A stretch of DNA of 64,000 nucleotides from Chrysomallon squamiferum (GCA_012295275.1 CM022668.1:12834001-12898000); one strand, 5' to 3'; positions 41,222 through 53,374 are shown, numbered from the stretch's first letter. Notes: generated by a model from the letters alone, not told the origin. Numbers and translations: made by a program.

Positions 41222-41293
41222 GGGCTCGTCCGGGATTCGAACCCGAGACCTCTCGCACCCAAAGCGAGAATCATACCCCTAGACCAACGAGCC
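41222..41293 (-). tRNA. trnP-TGG: tRNA-Pro(TGG), copy 7 (same isodecoder as copy 4)
   Basis: Reverse complement is identical to copy 4; T4 runs downstream. Confidence 0.96.
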
Positions 41294-41758
41294 ACGTCAT
41301 ACAAGGTTGAAAAAGAAGTATATAAAGGCACCTCCATTAATTCATTAACTGAAACGTATTAGCAAAATTATAGTTATTAAACTTTTATTACATTATTACC
41401 TGCATTTAAATATGAATATTCTACGCATTTTATAAGTATTCAGTTCATTAAAAATTTTAAAATATTTATTTTTGTTTTTTTCTTGTAGTATTTGTAAACA
41501 TTGTTCAATTAAAGTGCTTTTAGATTCTTTGTCTTTATCTTTATTTATTACTTCATTTTTAGCAAGCCGTAATGAAATAAAGTAAGGTAAAAGCAACGTC
41601 ATTAAGTAAATGTCAGGAAAAAAGATGGCATCTTTTTTTTTTTTTCATTAAGGGAGATAACTCTTCTCGTTGTAACACGTTTTATTTTTACAGTAATATA
41701 GTTGATAAATCTTTATGGCATTTTATTATTACAGATGCATTAGTATTACTGCTACTAT

Positions 41759-41804
<46 letters not shown>

Positions 41805-41810
41805 CAACAA

Positions 41811-41849
<39 letters not shown>

Positions 41850-42101
41850 GTATATATTTATTTTAAAATTATTATTAAAGCAAGGATTTTAATTATAAAT
41901 TAAAGGGAAACAAAGAAACAAATTATTTATCCAATTTTCATGGATTTGAAAATAGAACAAAAAAAAAAAAAAATAATAATAATAATAATAATTATAGAGG
42001 AAAATAAGAATAAACAAATTATTTATCCAATTTTCATGTGTTTTAAAATTTATTTTAAAGCCTTTTTAATAAACATAATTTTTAAAGTCACAAATTCATT
42101 C

Positions 42102-42138
<37 letters not shown>

Positions 42139-42489
42139 TAATAACAATAATAATAATAATAATAAAAAGAAAACAACTAATGATAGAATAAAATAAAACA
42201 TTTTATAATGAATCACGGATTTCAGCACTGAAATTAAAAATGATGATGTTGATGATGATGATAATAATAGCTACAATAACAGCAGTAATAGTAACAACAA
42301 CAACAACAACAACAATAATAATAACAATAACAACAGCAACAACAATAACAATAATAATAACAAGAAAACAACAAACAACAACAATAATAATAATATCTCT
42401 TCATAATCAGGAACGTTTCGGAACTGATCCTGCAGCCATGAGGAGTTACAAGGCTGTCTAATTGTTTGACTCTGTGTATTAATATGATT

Positions 42490-43204
42490 TATGTGCGAGT
42501 TTCGTGCCGAACATAAAGATGGCAGAAAAGACTGCAGAAATCCCACGCACAGGCGCCGTGCCGGCGAACATATGTTTATAAATGCGTTCCAAGTGCGTCT
42601 GAGTGCGTGCATCGCCAACCGTTGATGACGTTCAGACTCGGCCAATCACGGCGCGCGTAACATCGGACGTTCGTCTCCATCACTCTTTACGCCATCAGCA
42701 AAACCCGAAAGGGCGCAATGGAATTGCTTCCACTTTGGTAAATTGCTTCGACCGCTGCCTGGCCGACGCGGACCTCATTTGTCGCCGCAGACGGTGTGTC
42801 GTGTTCTCGCCCGTGCCTTTGCGACCGACGACGACGTGCGCGGCGTATTTTCCGAAGAGGATCTCGTCGAATGCCGACAGTGCTCCGTTTCCCTTTCGTT
42901 CCACGTTCGCAATGGGCAAAGCGGAACCCAGATTGTGAATTGCCCGATGAGTTGAACCCATTTCAAGAAGGCATTTATTAACCAGTGCATATTTACCGGG
43001 TTGTTGTTGTTGGTTTTTTGTTTCGGCTTATCTCTTGTTCTTTTTTGTCGTCTTTTCTCTCTTCTCTCCGTCATTGGATAACAATACCGTTGATACTCTG
43101 ATGTAAGGTTATTCGCGGGCACAGTCAGTGCCGTGATCGTCGTGGTATTCTATGGCGCTGTTCACGTTGAGAAATCGTCACCGAAACACCAGGATTACCC
43201 TAGA
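42490..43204 (+). promoter_or_regulatory. CpG-rich promoter and 5' UTR of the Cav-beta gene
   Basis: Abrupt GC/CpG-rich island directly upstream of the CACNB ATG. Contains a CCAAT box (gccaatcac, 42641-42649), CRE half-sites (tgacg) and a TATA-like tttataaat near 42575. Confidence 0.65.
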
Positions 43205-43267
43205 ATGGCACGGCCATCTTCGCATATTCGAGACGTTGTAGGAACAGACATGCCTCCTGTTATGCAG
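43205..43267 (+). CDS. CACNB: CACNB exon 1: MARPSSHIRDVVGTDMPPVMQ
   Basis: agaATGG start, donor CAG|gtaacg, phase 0, at the 3' end of the CpG island. Confidence 0.8.
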
Positions 43268-45493
43268 GTAACGTATAACCACGTTTATTTGACGCCGTTA
43301 CATATCGAGAATTATCCCATTGCTGTTTTTCTTTGCATTTCCTCCTGTCAATCGCATCGACTGGAATACGGTCTGGCCTTTCAGAATGTGTGTAGTGATG
43401 GAAAAAAAAAAAAAATGAAAAAAAAAATGGTGTTGATAAATTTCCATCTGTAATAAATTGGAAAGGCATCGCTGTATATTATCATAACAAACTTTTGATA
43501 CCCACTTTTCTTAACGATAAATATTTGGTTAAACGATAAGTGATTTCAGTGCAGACTTCAATTACGTAATCACTAGGATTTTTTTTTTTCGGGTTGGGGG
43601 CAGGCTACAGCTGGTTTCAGGAATCCTTCAATGGCTGCTGATGCTGTTGAGGTATGTTAAGAATTCATAAGGATGATTTAGAGACCTTGGTTATATAACC
43701 ATTCCTTGTTTTCATTCCTTAGTTTATACTATATGCAGTAATGTTAACTTGACCAATTTGGCACAGAACTGTCACAAATTTTTCTTAAGCATTTAATTTT
43801 TTTTTTTATAGATGAAATGCACCTTCTAACATCATTTCCACATGTATTTGATGATTTCAACCATCAGTTGATATTGTATGTCAATCCACAATTGTGTTAC
43901 CTTCTAATACAGACATGTATAACATCCTTATTTTTCCCCTTTTCTTTAAATAATAAAATTCACTTGTTACAAATCATCCATACTGGCTGTTATAGTGTTT
44001 GTGTGGTATGTGAAGTGTTTTTGACTAGTGATGTATGTTTATATGTATCTATGTAGCTTCTTATTAATGCTATGTTTTATTTTTTATTTTTTTATTTTTT
44101 AATGTGAAAACAAAACACAACTAAAAATAATTCCTTTCATTTTTGGAGATATTTCATTTTTCTTGATGCTGAACTCAGTTATCAGAAATCATTGACCTGT
44201 GACTGAATATGACAGGAATTAATATGAATAAACAAATTAACCCATGAAACATACTAACTGATAAACATCATTAATACTCATATCAACATGTAAAGTTAAT
44301 TTTCAGAATCTTTTGCCGTTTTCTTTTTGGTTTCATTTTCGTATTATTTTGTTTCTTAGTTAGAACAAAACTGAAATGACATTTTATTTCAGGGATACAC
44401 TGAGAATAAGGAAGATAAAATTTAATATTTTAAAATAAAAATAAATATTAATATTGTTCCATTAGTTTACTCAAAAGCTGATTGTCTTCATATTTTAATC
44501 AAAACAAAATTGACAGTATTATAAATATTTAATTGTATAAAATATCTGTTATTGTTGAGCAGTAAATGAACAAAAAATAAAAAAAAAAAAAACAAACAAA
44601 CAAAATAAAACAAACAACAATATTGGCATTATTCCATATAAGCAGAGTTAGTTATTTTCAAAAATGAAACTTAATCTTTAATTAATCATATTAATCCATT
44701 TAAGCAGTGGCACTGGTAACATGAAATCATTTGTTTTCATTGGTAATATAAATAATAAAAGATCCTTTAAAGAGCCCCAAAATATCTGTGTTACTGGGTT
44801 TCTTTCATCACTTTTCCATGGTAATGTTAATAATAAAAGATTCTTTATTATTAAATTGGTAAAAATAACCAGTTCTAATGGTAACCTGCTTTTAACAAAC
44901 CATCAGTCGCATTAGCCGCAGGTAATAAAAGGTCCTTTGATATTTGTCTGTAGGAATAACTGAGGTTGATGGAGAAAACATAACATGTTAATCTTATAGA
45001 ATGACCCATGTTGTTAAAAAATAATGTAAAATTTTCTCTATTGGTTAAATTATCTTCTTGTTGAGCAGTAAAAACAACAAAAAATAAAAACAAAAGCGAA
45101 CAAACAAAACAAACAATAATTTGTAAATTTTTAAGAATAACTCATGTTGTTAAAAAATAATGTAAACATTTTCCGTATTGGTTAAATTTATCTTCTTGTG
45201 TGATTAATATTTTTATGAGTATTTAATAAAAAGATTCCTTGCTTTTAAATCAGTAAGAATAACCACCCCCAAAATGTATCACCCTATGCTGCTTTACAAT
45301 ATCAAATGATTTTTTCAGAAAGTTATTATTTATCAGTTTTTAATTTAAAAAAAACAACAAAAAAAACCCAAAAACATTCTCATTAGTTTTTATTGTTATT
45401 AGTACTAGAAGGAGCAGTATTAGACAGTATTGTGGACAAGACAGAAAGCCAGACAGACAGACAGACAGACAGACACACACACACACACACACA

Positions 45494-45528
<35 letters not shown>

Positions 45529-47377
45529 AGTCACTCTATTTGTGAACTGCGTGATGAATTTAATAAATAGTGAAATTGAATTGTTTTTGAATCTAATGTT
45601 CATACAACAGAAAAATAATTTTTATCAAGAGTAGTTATTCAGCATTTTGAATGAGACTAGTGCAGGTGAAACACATTTTAAAAGAAAAGAAATGTTGGTT
45701 GATAATCACAGAAAAAGCCTTACACTGATATGAATTATGTACAATATTTCTGAAAATGTGTTTATTTATTATTTTTTTTTTGCTTATTTAATTTTTAGTA
45801 TTTCTATACATAAATTTATGTTTTGAAATAATGTCCAGTACTGGTTTTTAAATATATTTTTTTATAATAACATTATTTAAAAATAATTTTTTAAATATTT
45901 ATTTCAGATGTATATATATATCCAATAACAGGTTTTTAATTTGTTATATTAGCTTTAAAATCTGATTACTTTATTATTAGTAATAATTAGTAAAATTTTT
46001 ATATAATACAAATCAATACAGTACTATCTCTGTTATATTAATGTATTATTTATTTTGTAAATCCAGAAGTTTTGAGTTGCAACTTTGTGGTGAAACTGTG
46101 CTGTTAGTCTTGACTGACCTCAGGATTAGTCCTTCTCAGTGCTTCATTTGGGCTATTTACCATTCTAACCATAGCTCCTAACAGACTTATCAAAGTTTTT
46201 TGACATAATTACTTTGCCATCTATGGGAAGGTGAACGTTTGAAAGATATTTTGCAGTTATTTGGTGAAAACAGCTAATGGAAGAGCAACAGCTGGTTTCT
46301 TCTTTCATAAAATCATTATCACACAAAATATGAAACAGACACTAGCAGGCATTAATTAATATTAAAATATACATTATGTTTATTCATTTTTCATCTGTTC
46401 ATTCATTCATTAAAATTTAGGAATATTTAACTTTGTTTGACACCCAACAGCTGATATATTTTTTTGCTGAGGTGTGGCATTAAACATCTATTCATTCATT
46501 TATTCATTCATTAAAATTAATTCCAAACAAACATTTTTAAGTTCCATAAACCCAGTAATATAAATATACTCTGTGTATATTACCAAATGTTTGTTTCTAA
46601 ACCTTTACCAACAATAAAGTACAAGATTGTCTCGTTACCATTTTTTTATTTTATTTTTTTATGACATCATTTCACAGATAGAAATGAAATCGGTATTTTG
46701 TAAATTCTGTCATGTTTAGTTAGACTTAACATTCTTGTTAAATGATTAAAAACACAATCTCTGATATGTTTGTATTTGGTTAAATTGTACAAATGTAAAA
46801 AAAATAAAAGGCTGTGTACGTGACCTAACAAGACCCAAGAGAGAGTTCTATACATATATTCATAAGTGTAATGATTATGCATATGCACACATACACTCTC
46901 AGACAGACATATATATATATATATATATATACATGCAAACACAAACATACATATACACGTAAAGACAGTGCATACGCTAGGCTAATTAATAAACAGATGG
47001 CAATCTGCTTCGAGGTGTGATAAAATTCGTATCTGTCATTCATGTGATACAGACTTGAACGCATACACACACAAGACACCTTTTTTGTATTATATTGAAG
47101 TGAATAAAGAATTGTTTTATTAAGTTTTAACAAAAGAAGTGTGACATTATGGGAAAAAATTTTCAAAATAGAGGAGAAGAAAAAAATTAAACATGCAGAT
47201 CTATAAAAAATTAACAAGAAAGTGCAACTGTAATTTTTATATATATTTTTATTATTATTATTAATTTTTTTTTATTATTTATTTATTTATTTAATATATT
47301 TACTGTTGTAACTAACATTACTACTGCAATCAATATCGTGATCGTAATAACATTATTATCACAATAATCATCATTAT

Positions 47378-47412
<35 letters not shown>

Positions 47413-47530
47413 TGTTATCATTATTGCCTCATATTATTGTCTTCTCCAGGGTAAAGGATCTAAGCGAAAAGGAAAATTTAAACGATCTGACGGTAGTTTC
47501 TCTGATAGTTCAAACAGCTTCATTCGACAG
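43205..47530 (+). CDS. CACNB: Voltage-dependent calcium channel beta subunit (Cav-beta), 5' partial: join(43205-43267, 47450-47530); gene continues beyond the window
   Basis: Spliced translation MARPSSHIRDVVGTDMPPVMQ-GKGSKRKGKFKRSDGSFSDSSNSFIRQ closely matches the recalled CACNB1 N-terminus (..[31 protein letters not shown]), with the same phase-0 boundaries. The following GSAxS..SH3 exon was not found in the window. Confidence 0.93.
43631..43651 (+). CDS. Candidate alternative first coding exon of CACNB (MAADAVE)
   Basis: tcaATGG start and phase-0 donor GAG|gtatgt, compatible with exon 47450. Confidence 0.35.
47450..47530 (+). CDS. CACNB: CACNB exon 2: GKGSKRKGKFKRSDGSFSDSSNSFIRQ
   Basis: Acceptor gtcttctccag| and donor CAG|gtgaga; 81 nt; strong motif match to vertebrate Cav-beta N-terminal exon 2. 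Confidence 0.95.
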
Positions 47531-47940
47531 GTGAGATATCTGTGTTATACCACACGTGTATGTGTCACGTGTTGTATTACGTCTGACTGACTTAGAAAAA
47601 TGTTTATTAACACTGGCCTTAGTTGTTGTCCGCTAATGTAGATACTTTGAGCCTTGAGTCTTGAGCTTTGCATGCGTTTTCTGTGACAAAAATAAAAAAT
47701 TTGAAAAAAAATTTGAAAAAAATTTCTGGATTCAAGGCTTGGCTGTTTGTATATATATATATATAACTTCTGCTCTGACTGGTCTTTTGTTTTTAATTAT
47801 TTATTTAGTTGTTTTTTTTTTCTCATTGTATTGCTTCATTAATCATTAATGCATATGTGTGTATGTGCCTATCTATCTATACACACACACATATACATAT
47901 ATACATACATACATACATACATACATTATAGACACAAATG

Positions 47941-48070
47941 TACTGAACCTGTCTAAAGCAGCCACCTAAAGGGAACAGTCGAAATGATTGCTATAGACAG
48001 GTGGCTATGATAAATAATATATAAATGTGGACACCTTCTTGAAATGTCTGTAAAAGCAGGTTTGACTGTA
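47941..48070. mobile_element. Degenerate Tc1/mariner(pogo)-type MITE
   Basis: Right end gcaggtttgactgta (reverse complement TACAGTCAAACCTGC); left end tactgaacctgtctaaagcagccacct; internal inverted copy tagacaggtggct. Confidence 0.5.
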
Positions 48071-48287
48071 TTTGGTTGTATCACTATTTTTATATAATTA
48101 ATATATGCCTTCTTGATTTTTCTCCAGCATTTTTGTTTTTTAAATTATTTCTTTAGTATTTTTATTATTATATCCAGATGCATATTAAAACGGCATAATG
48201 CATGTTAGAAAACATCTTTGGCAAGACATAAAGGGAGGGGGCAGGTTCATAGGTTTCCCCCCACAGTCAAATCAAATGTTTCAACTC

Positions 48288-48434
48288 TAGGGCCAGACTA
48301 GAGGGGTTGCCTGAGTCGATCCAGAAACTCCCTTCTCTTCATTTTTTTTGTTAGTTTATTTTACTTTTCAAAATTAACAACTTTTATTGAGGAACACCCC
48401 CCCTACCCCTTTCAAGTCATAAGGTCTGGCCCTG
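48288..48434. mobile_element. Small MITE-like element with 10-bp perfect terminal inverted repeats
   Basis: agggccagac (48289-48298) and gtctggccct (48424-48433) bound a G/C-run-containing insert. No target-site duplication is recognisable. Confidence 0.4.
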
Positions 48435-49705
48435 AATTTGATTTCTTTTTATTTAAAAAAAATTCTTTTTAATGATTTTTATTTCTGTCTGAATCTTCTG
48501 TATACTTCATAGTTTTAGGTTATTCTCGTTGTTAGTATTCAGTTATTCATTAACATTCTGAACTTAACGGGTTTTAACTGTTGGTGGGCTGTTTCATCCT
48601 TTGTTTATGATGATGTTGTGATATAGAATAGATGCAGTTTGTAGTAATAGTAGAAGTAGTATGGTCTGCAGTGGTTGGTGCTTGTGACATCAGAAATAAA
48701 GCAACGTTACTTATAATTATCATTCTGTCTTGCTTTAAGTTTTTATTCATTAAAAATTATTTATATATTTTCTTCTTCTTCTTCTTATTATTATTATTAA
48801 TGTTGTTGTTGTCTATGCTTAATTTTTCTTATGCTACTTTGTTGATATTGTTGTAATTTTTGTTGTTGTCACTAATAATTTATTTTTATCATTGTGTTTC
48901 TTAATTTGAGCTTTTTTATTATTATTATTATTATTATTACTGTTATAATTAATTATCACTATTTTTTTTATCATCATCATCATTATCATTCTTACTATAT
49001 TATTATTATTATTATTTTTTTTTTGTGTTCTGTAAACTAAGGACAGAAAAATTGATTTTCGAAACTTATATACCTATTTCCAAATTCACCACATTCTCAT
49101 TCAATAATTCATGTAAATTTTATCTTTATTTCAATTTATATAGATCCATGCAAGTGTGAATATTTGTATTGTAACTGCTTATTAGATTTTTGCATAGCCA
49201 TGTATGTTCTACATAGTATTTTTGTGTGTTAATGTGTGCGATTGTTCTAATAATGTGTTACATTTGTATATTTAAAAAATACACTGTTGCCCATAGTTAT
49301 TGTGATAGTAACACTGAATATGCATTGTACTGTTGGAAAGTAATAATAAGTTATACATATATGAACATAGTTTTAATGCATTGGAATATTGAACTTGTAT
49401 TCATTTTATTATTATGTTACGTTATGTCATTTCCATTTCTTTAGTTATTCATTTCATTATTATCATTAAAAAAAAAAAAAAAATGATACATTTAACGATA
49501 ATTTCAAAATTTAATTTAATATATATATATATTTCTTTTTCTCTCTCTTTTTCTTCCTTTCTCCCTCATTTTATTCTATTTTAGTTTGCTTTTATATTTT
49601 TAATTTTTTTTTTTCTGTTTTTCTGTTACTCTTAATGTCTGTCACTTTCTCTGCATAATTTCTAACTCGATCTGTTTTTGTTTTTCTTCTCTTTGTTCTC
49701 TGTAT

Positions 49706-49759
<54 letters not shown>

Positions 49760-50922
49760 ATATCACCTGTGAAAAATTGGCAGTTGTTTCAAAAAAACTT
49801 TTTAAAAAAGTTAAAAAGAAATTGTGTATTACTTTATTATTTTATACCTATGCCGTTTAATTTCTACGATACAAAATTATTATTGAATTTTGCTTATAAA
49901 TAAACCTTGCAGATTAGTTATGGAGGATCACCCACAAGAGGACAATACACTCTTTATTTTCTGTCACTCATGCATAATAAATACAGTGATGTGAACCATT
50001 ACTGTGACATAAACAGTCTATAAAACAAACAGTAAATATTTAATATACCACGCACTCTTTGGGAAAACAAACGATACCGTGCATATATAAACTTTTTGTG
50101 TGTTTTTTTTTTAATTTATAAATTATTTAAAACTTCTCGTGCCAAAACAAAACATATTTTTGCAAACACAGAGCAAGAGGAATAACATATTATTTAAATT
50201 AGAAACCTAACAGGTATAAGCAGCATGAAGTAAAAAAATAATAAAAAAAATAAAAAAATTCGCAGTGTGAATTATTTAAAAGTGTACCACGCAGAATAGA
50301 AAGAAAGAAAGAAAGAAAGAAAAAAATATGTCATACAAAAGAAGTGAAAACATAAATTATTTAAAACACAAAATGTTAAATATTACTTATAAATAAAACT
50401 GACGTTAGGTAGTTACAAATACTCTTCAGAAAGTAGTGGAATGAATGTACATGCACGCACATACATGAATTCACACACACACACACACACACACATAAAA
50501 TATCACATTAATTTCTAAATTGACTTTCATTTTCCTTTTTTGCATGTGTATCTTCCCGTGCTTTAAGAATTGACCTAAATAGTTTTTGATTTCGTATTAC
50601 ATGTTTCATTACAGTGTATAATACGAAGTAGCTGATGTTTGTTTTCATGTTTTTAATTATCAACTCCTCTCTGCTGATGAGGAATTACAAGACTTCTGCC
50701 ACATCAGCTGGCAGCTCACCAAAACCACGTGGAATGTCGCGTCACATAACTTTGAGGAGTGTAGGGTAACTGGTGTATGACTTAACCATGGGGTAAAGAT
50801 ACAGTATTACACACGTGTGTGTGTGTGTGTATAATGAGAGTGTTTGTGTGTGTATGTGTATCAGTGTGGGTATGTAATGTTTATTAATGAATGTATGTAT
50901 GTGTATGTGTGTGAGAGTGTGT

Positions 50923-50953
<31 letters not shown>

Positions 50954-51919
50954 GTGTATATATTGTTTATATTGTGGATGTGTGCATATATATATTATGT
51001 ACAAGTAATATATATATATATATATATATGCACACACAATATAAACAATACACACACACACACACATATATACGCATATATGTGAATGTACACACATAAA
51101 TGATTATGCATATAAATGGGTGTGGGTGTGGGTGTGTGTATATGTATATATGTATATATTAATGAATTTGTATGTTTGTCTTATTGTTAGGTATATATGT
51201 GTGTGTGTGTGTGTGAATTAGTGTGTGCGTTTATGTATGTATGTAAATACATGTTTTTATTTATAAATGTGTAATGCAACATACCTAAAACAACTGAGCA
51301 CAGAATAACTTGCAATTACTGAAATGTGGAATACATTAACTCACATAACATAACTGGGATATTTGATACAAGATGTAGCTTACACGATAACTAACATAAT
51401 TATATCTTGAAAATACGATAACTCGTATATGACATATAACATTATATAGCAACTTTTTAATTATCACAAAGAGGATAACTATCACAAAAAAGATCTGAAA
51501 TCTAAATAAAAAACAAAGTTAGAATTATAAAAAAAAAAAAAAATGATACTGTTCATTCTCATTTTATTTTTTATTTTTTATTTTTTTAAAATTATTATTA
51601 TATTGGAAATAATTTTAATAAATTACAGATTTATTCTTTTTTTGGGGATTAATCCATTTCAGTTTGAAAAACTGATAAAAAAAAAAAAATCAATGTAAAA
51701 TAAAAGGCCAGATGATACAAGTGATATCACACATTAACCTGTTTACAAACTTCCAGTATTACTCATAGTCATACACTGACACAGAGAAACACATGGTTTA
51801 CATTCTGATTTTGATTCTGTCTATGACTCTCTGTAAATCTGATTTATAAACACTGAAATTTCATTCCTGAAACTTTTTTTTGCACCAGCTTTTGTATTAT
51901 TTAAAATCTTGTAAGTGAG

Positions 51920-52330
51920 GATCATTTTGGTCTAGTGGTTAGAGTGCTGTGCTGTTATAGGATACAAAGTGTTTCAGGATCAGAACTCGCCAATATACCC
52001 ATACATAGTTATTTCCAATTCTTGATTGAGCCCTATTATTGCTTTATGGCCATTTTCTTTTTTAAAAACAAATTAAGTGGTGAAGGTTTTGGTTTAGTGT
52101 TTAGAATATTGGCATGAGGTATGATCAATACTAACCCATATTGCCAATATTAACCCATATAGTTATGTCCAGTTCTGGCTTCAGACTTCTTACTGTTTTA
52201 ACTTTAAGGCCATTTTGTTTTTAAAGAAATTGTTGGAAAGGTTTTGGTTCAGTGGTTAGAGTGCTGGCATGTAGTACTGTGAGACTCAAGATCAAACCTC
52301 CCCAGTGTACCCATAAAGTTATCTGCAATT
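51920..52330 (+). mobile_element. Three tandem, degenerate tRNA-derived SINE heads
   Basis: A-box-like tggtctagtggttagagtgct (51928), tggtttagtgtttagaatatt (about 52090) and tggttcagtggttagagtgct (about 52245). Copies 1 and 3 are followed by degenerate B-boxes (ggatcagaactc, agatcaaacctc). No intact cloverleaf. Confidence 0.55.
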
Positions 52331-52531
52331 TTGGGTTATTGGAAGGCATTATGTCCTGAGTGGAAATATGAATACCTAAAAAAAATCTTTTTAATAACAA
52401 TGTATCACATAGTAGTCAATATTGTTTAATATTGAGAAACATTGTAAAACGTTTTGGATTTTATTTTATTTTATTTTATTTTTATGTTGAAAACCTTTTT
52501 TTTTAACTTTCTTTTCTTTCTTTGTTTTCTT

Positions 52532-52586
<55 letters not shown>

Positions 52587-53374
52587 GCACTGCATTTTGA
52601 ACCATTGCCAAAGAAATGTGGCACTGTTCTGTTTCTCACCTTTCTTAAAATAAATTTGTAGTTTTTTTTAAAATATTCTTTTTATCAGAACATCTGTTCA
52701 AAAAGTGTAAAATAAAGCAGACACAAGATAAAACCTGAAGTCTGAACTGTACACTGTAAGATACAGCAGAAAAGAAAAAAGAAAAAGAAAGAAAAAAAAA
52801 AACCCACAAAGCCACTGGTCTGTTTAATGCGCTAAGGATAGGTTTCCGACAAAACAAGTATGGTTATTTATCTGACTGACAGACATTTCTGGGAAACATC
52901 CCAGATTATAAAATGAATGTCTTCCCAGGAATTGTGAATGGAATGCATCTTCGTCAACATCTTTAATTGATACAACTGCCGAATATTGCCGAAAACTAAC
53001 GAAAACTGCCAAAAAACCCATTAAAAAAAACCGTCATCCAAAACGGTTACCAACATAATTCATTGACTTTGTTGTGTGTGTGTAATTGCTTTATTTTTAT
53101 TTTATTATTATTCTGCTCACATTCTCAGATACAAAATTCTTGTGTGTTTTTTTTTTTTTTTCGTGGAGTATCTATTTTTAGACTAGAGCCATTTTCCTGG
53201 CTTTTGTTTTCGCAATTGCGATGGTTAAGTTGATAATAGGACTGGGCACGGAGAAGAAAAGAGCGACTACGTCAACCGTACAGCTGATGAGTTTCTCACT
53301 TTGTTCCTGCGAATCTTAACTCAAATCTTCGTGCGAAATGATCATTCAGTTATTCCCAGTTCAGCGGTCGTAAT

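Noticed and set aside
36507-41293. tRNA-Pro copies as SINE heads or retroviral primer-binding sites
   Set aside because: Full-length 72-nt genes with T-run terminators, no encoded CCA, no shared 3' SINE body and no LTR or pol sequence nearby.
42271-43122. Several overlapping 60-124 aa ORFs on both strands in the GC-rich island
   Set aside because: No recognisable motif or splice structure. Long ORFs are expected in GC-rich sequence, and the region is better explained as the CACNB promoter and 5' UTR.
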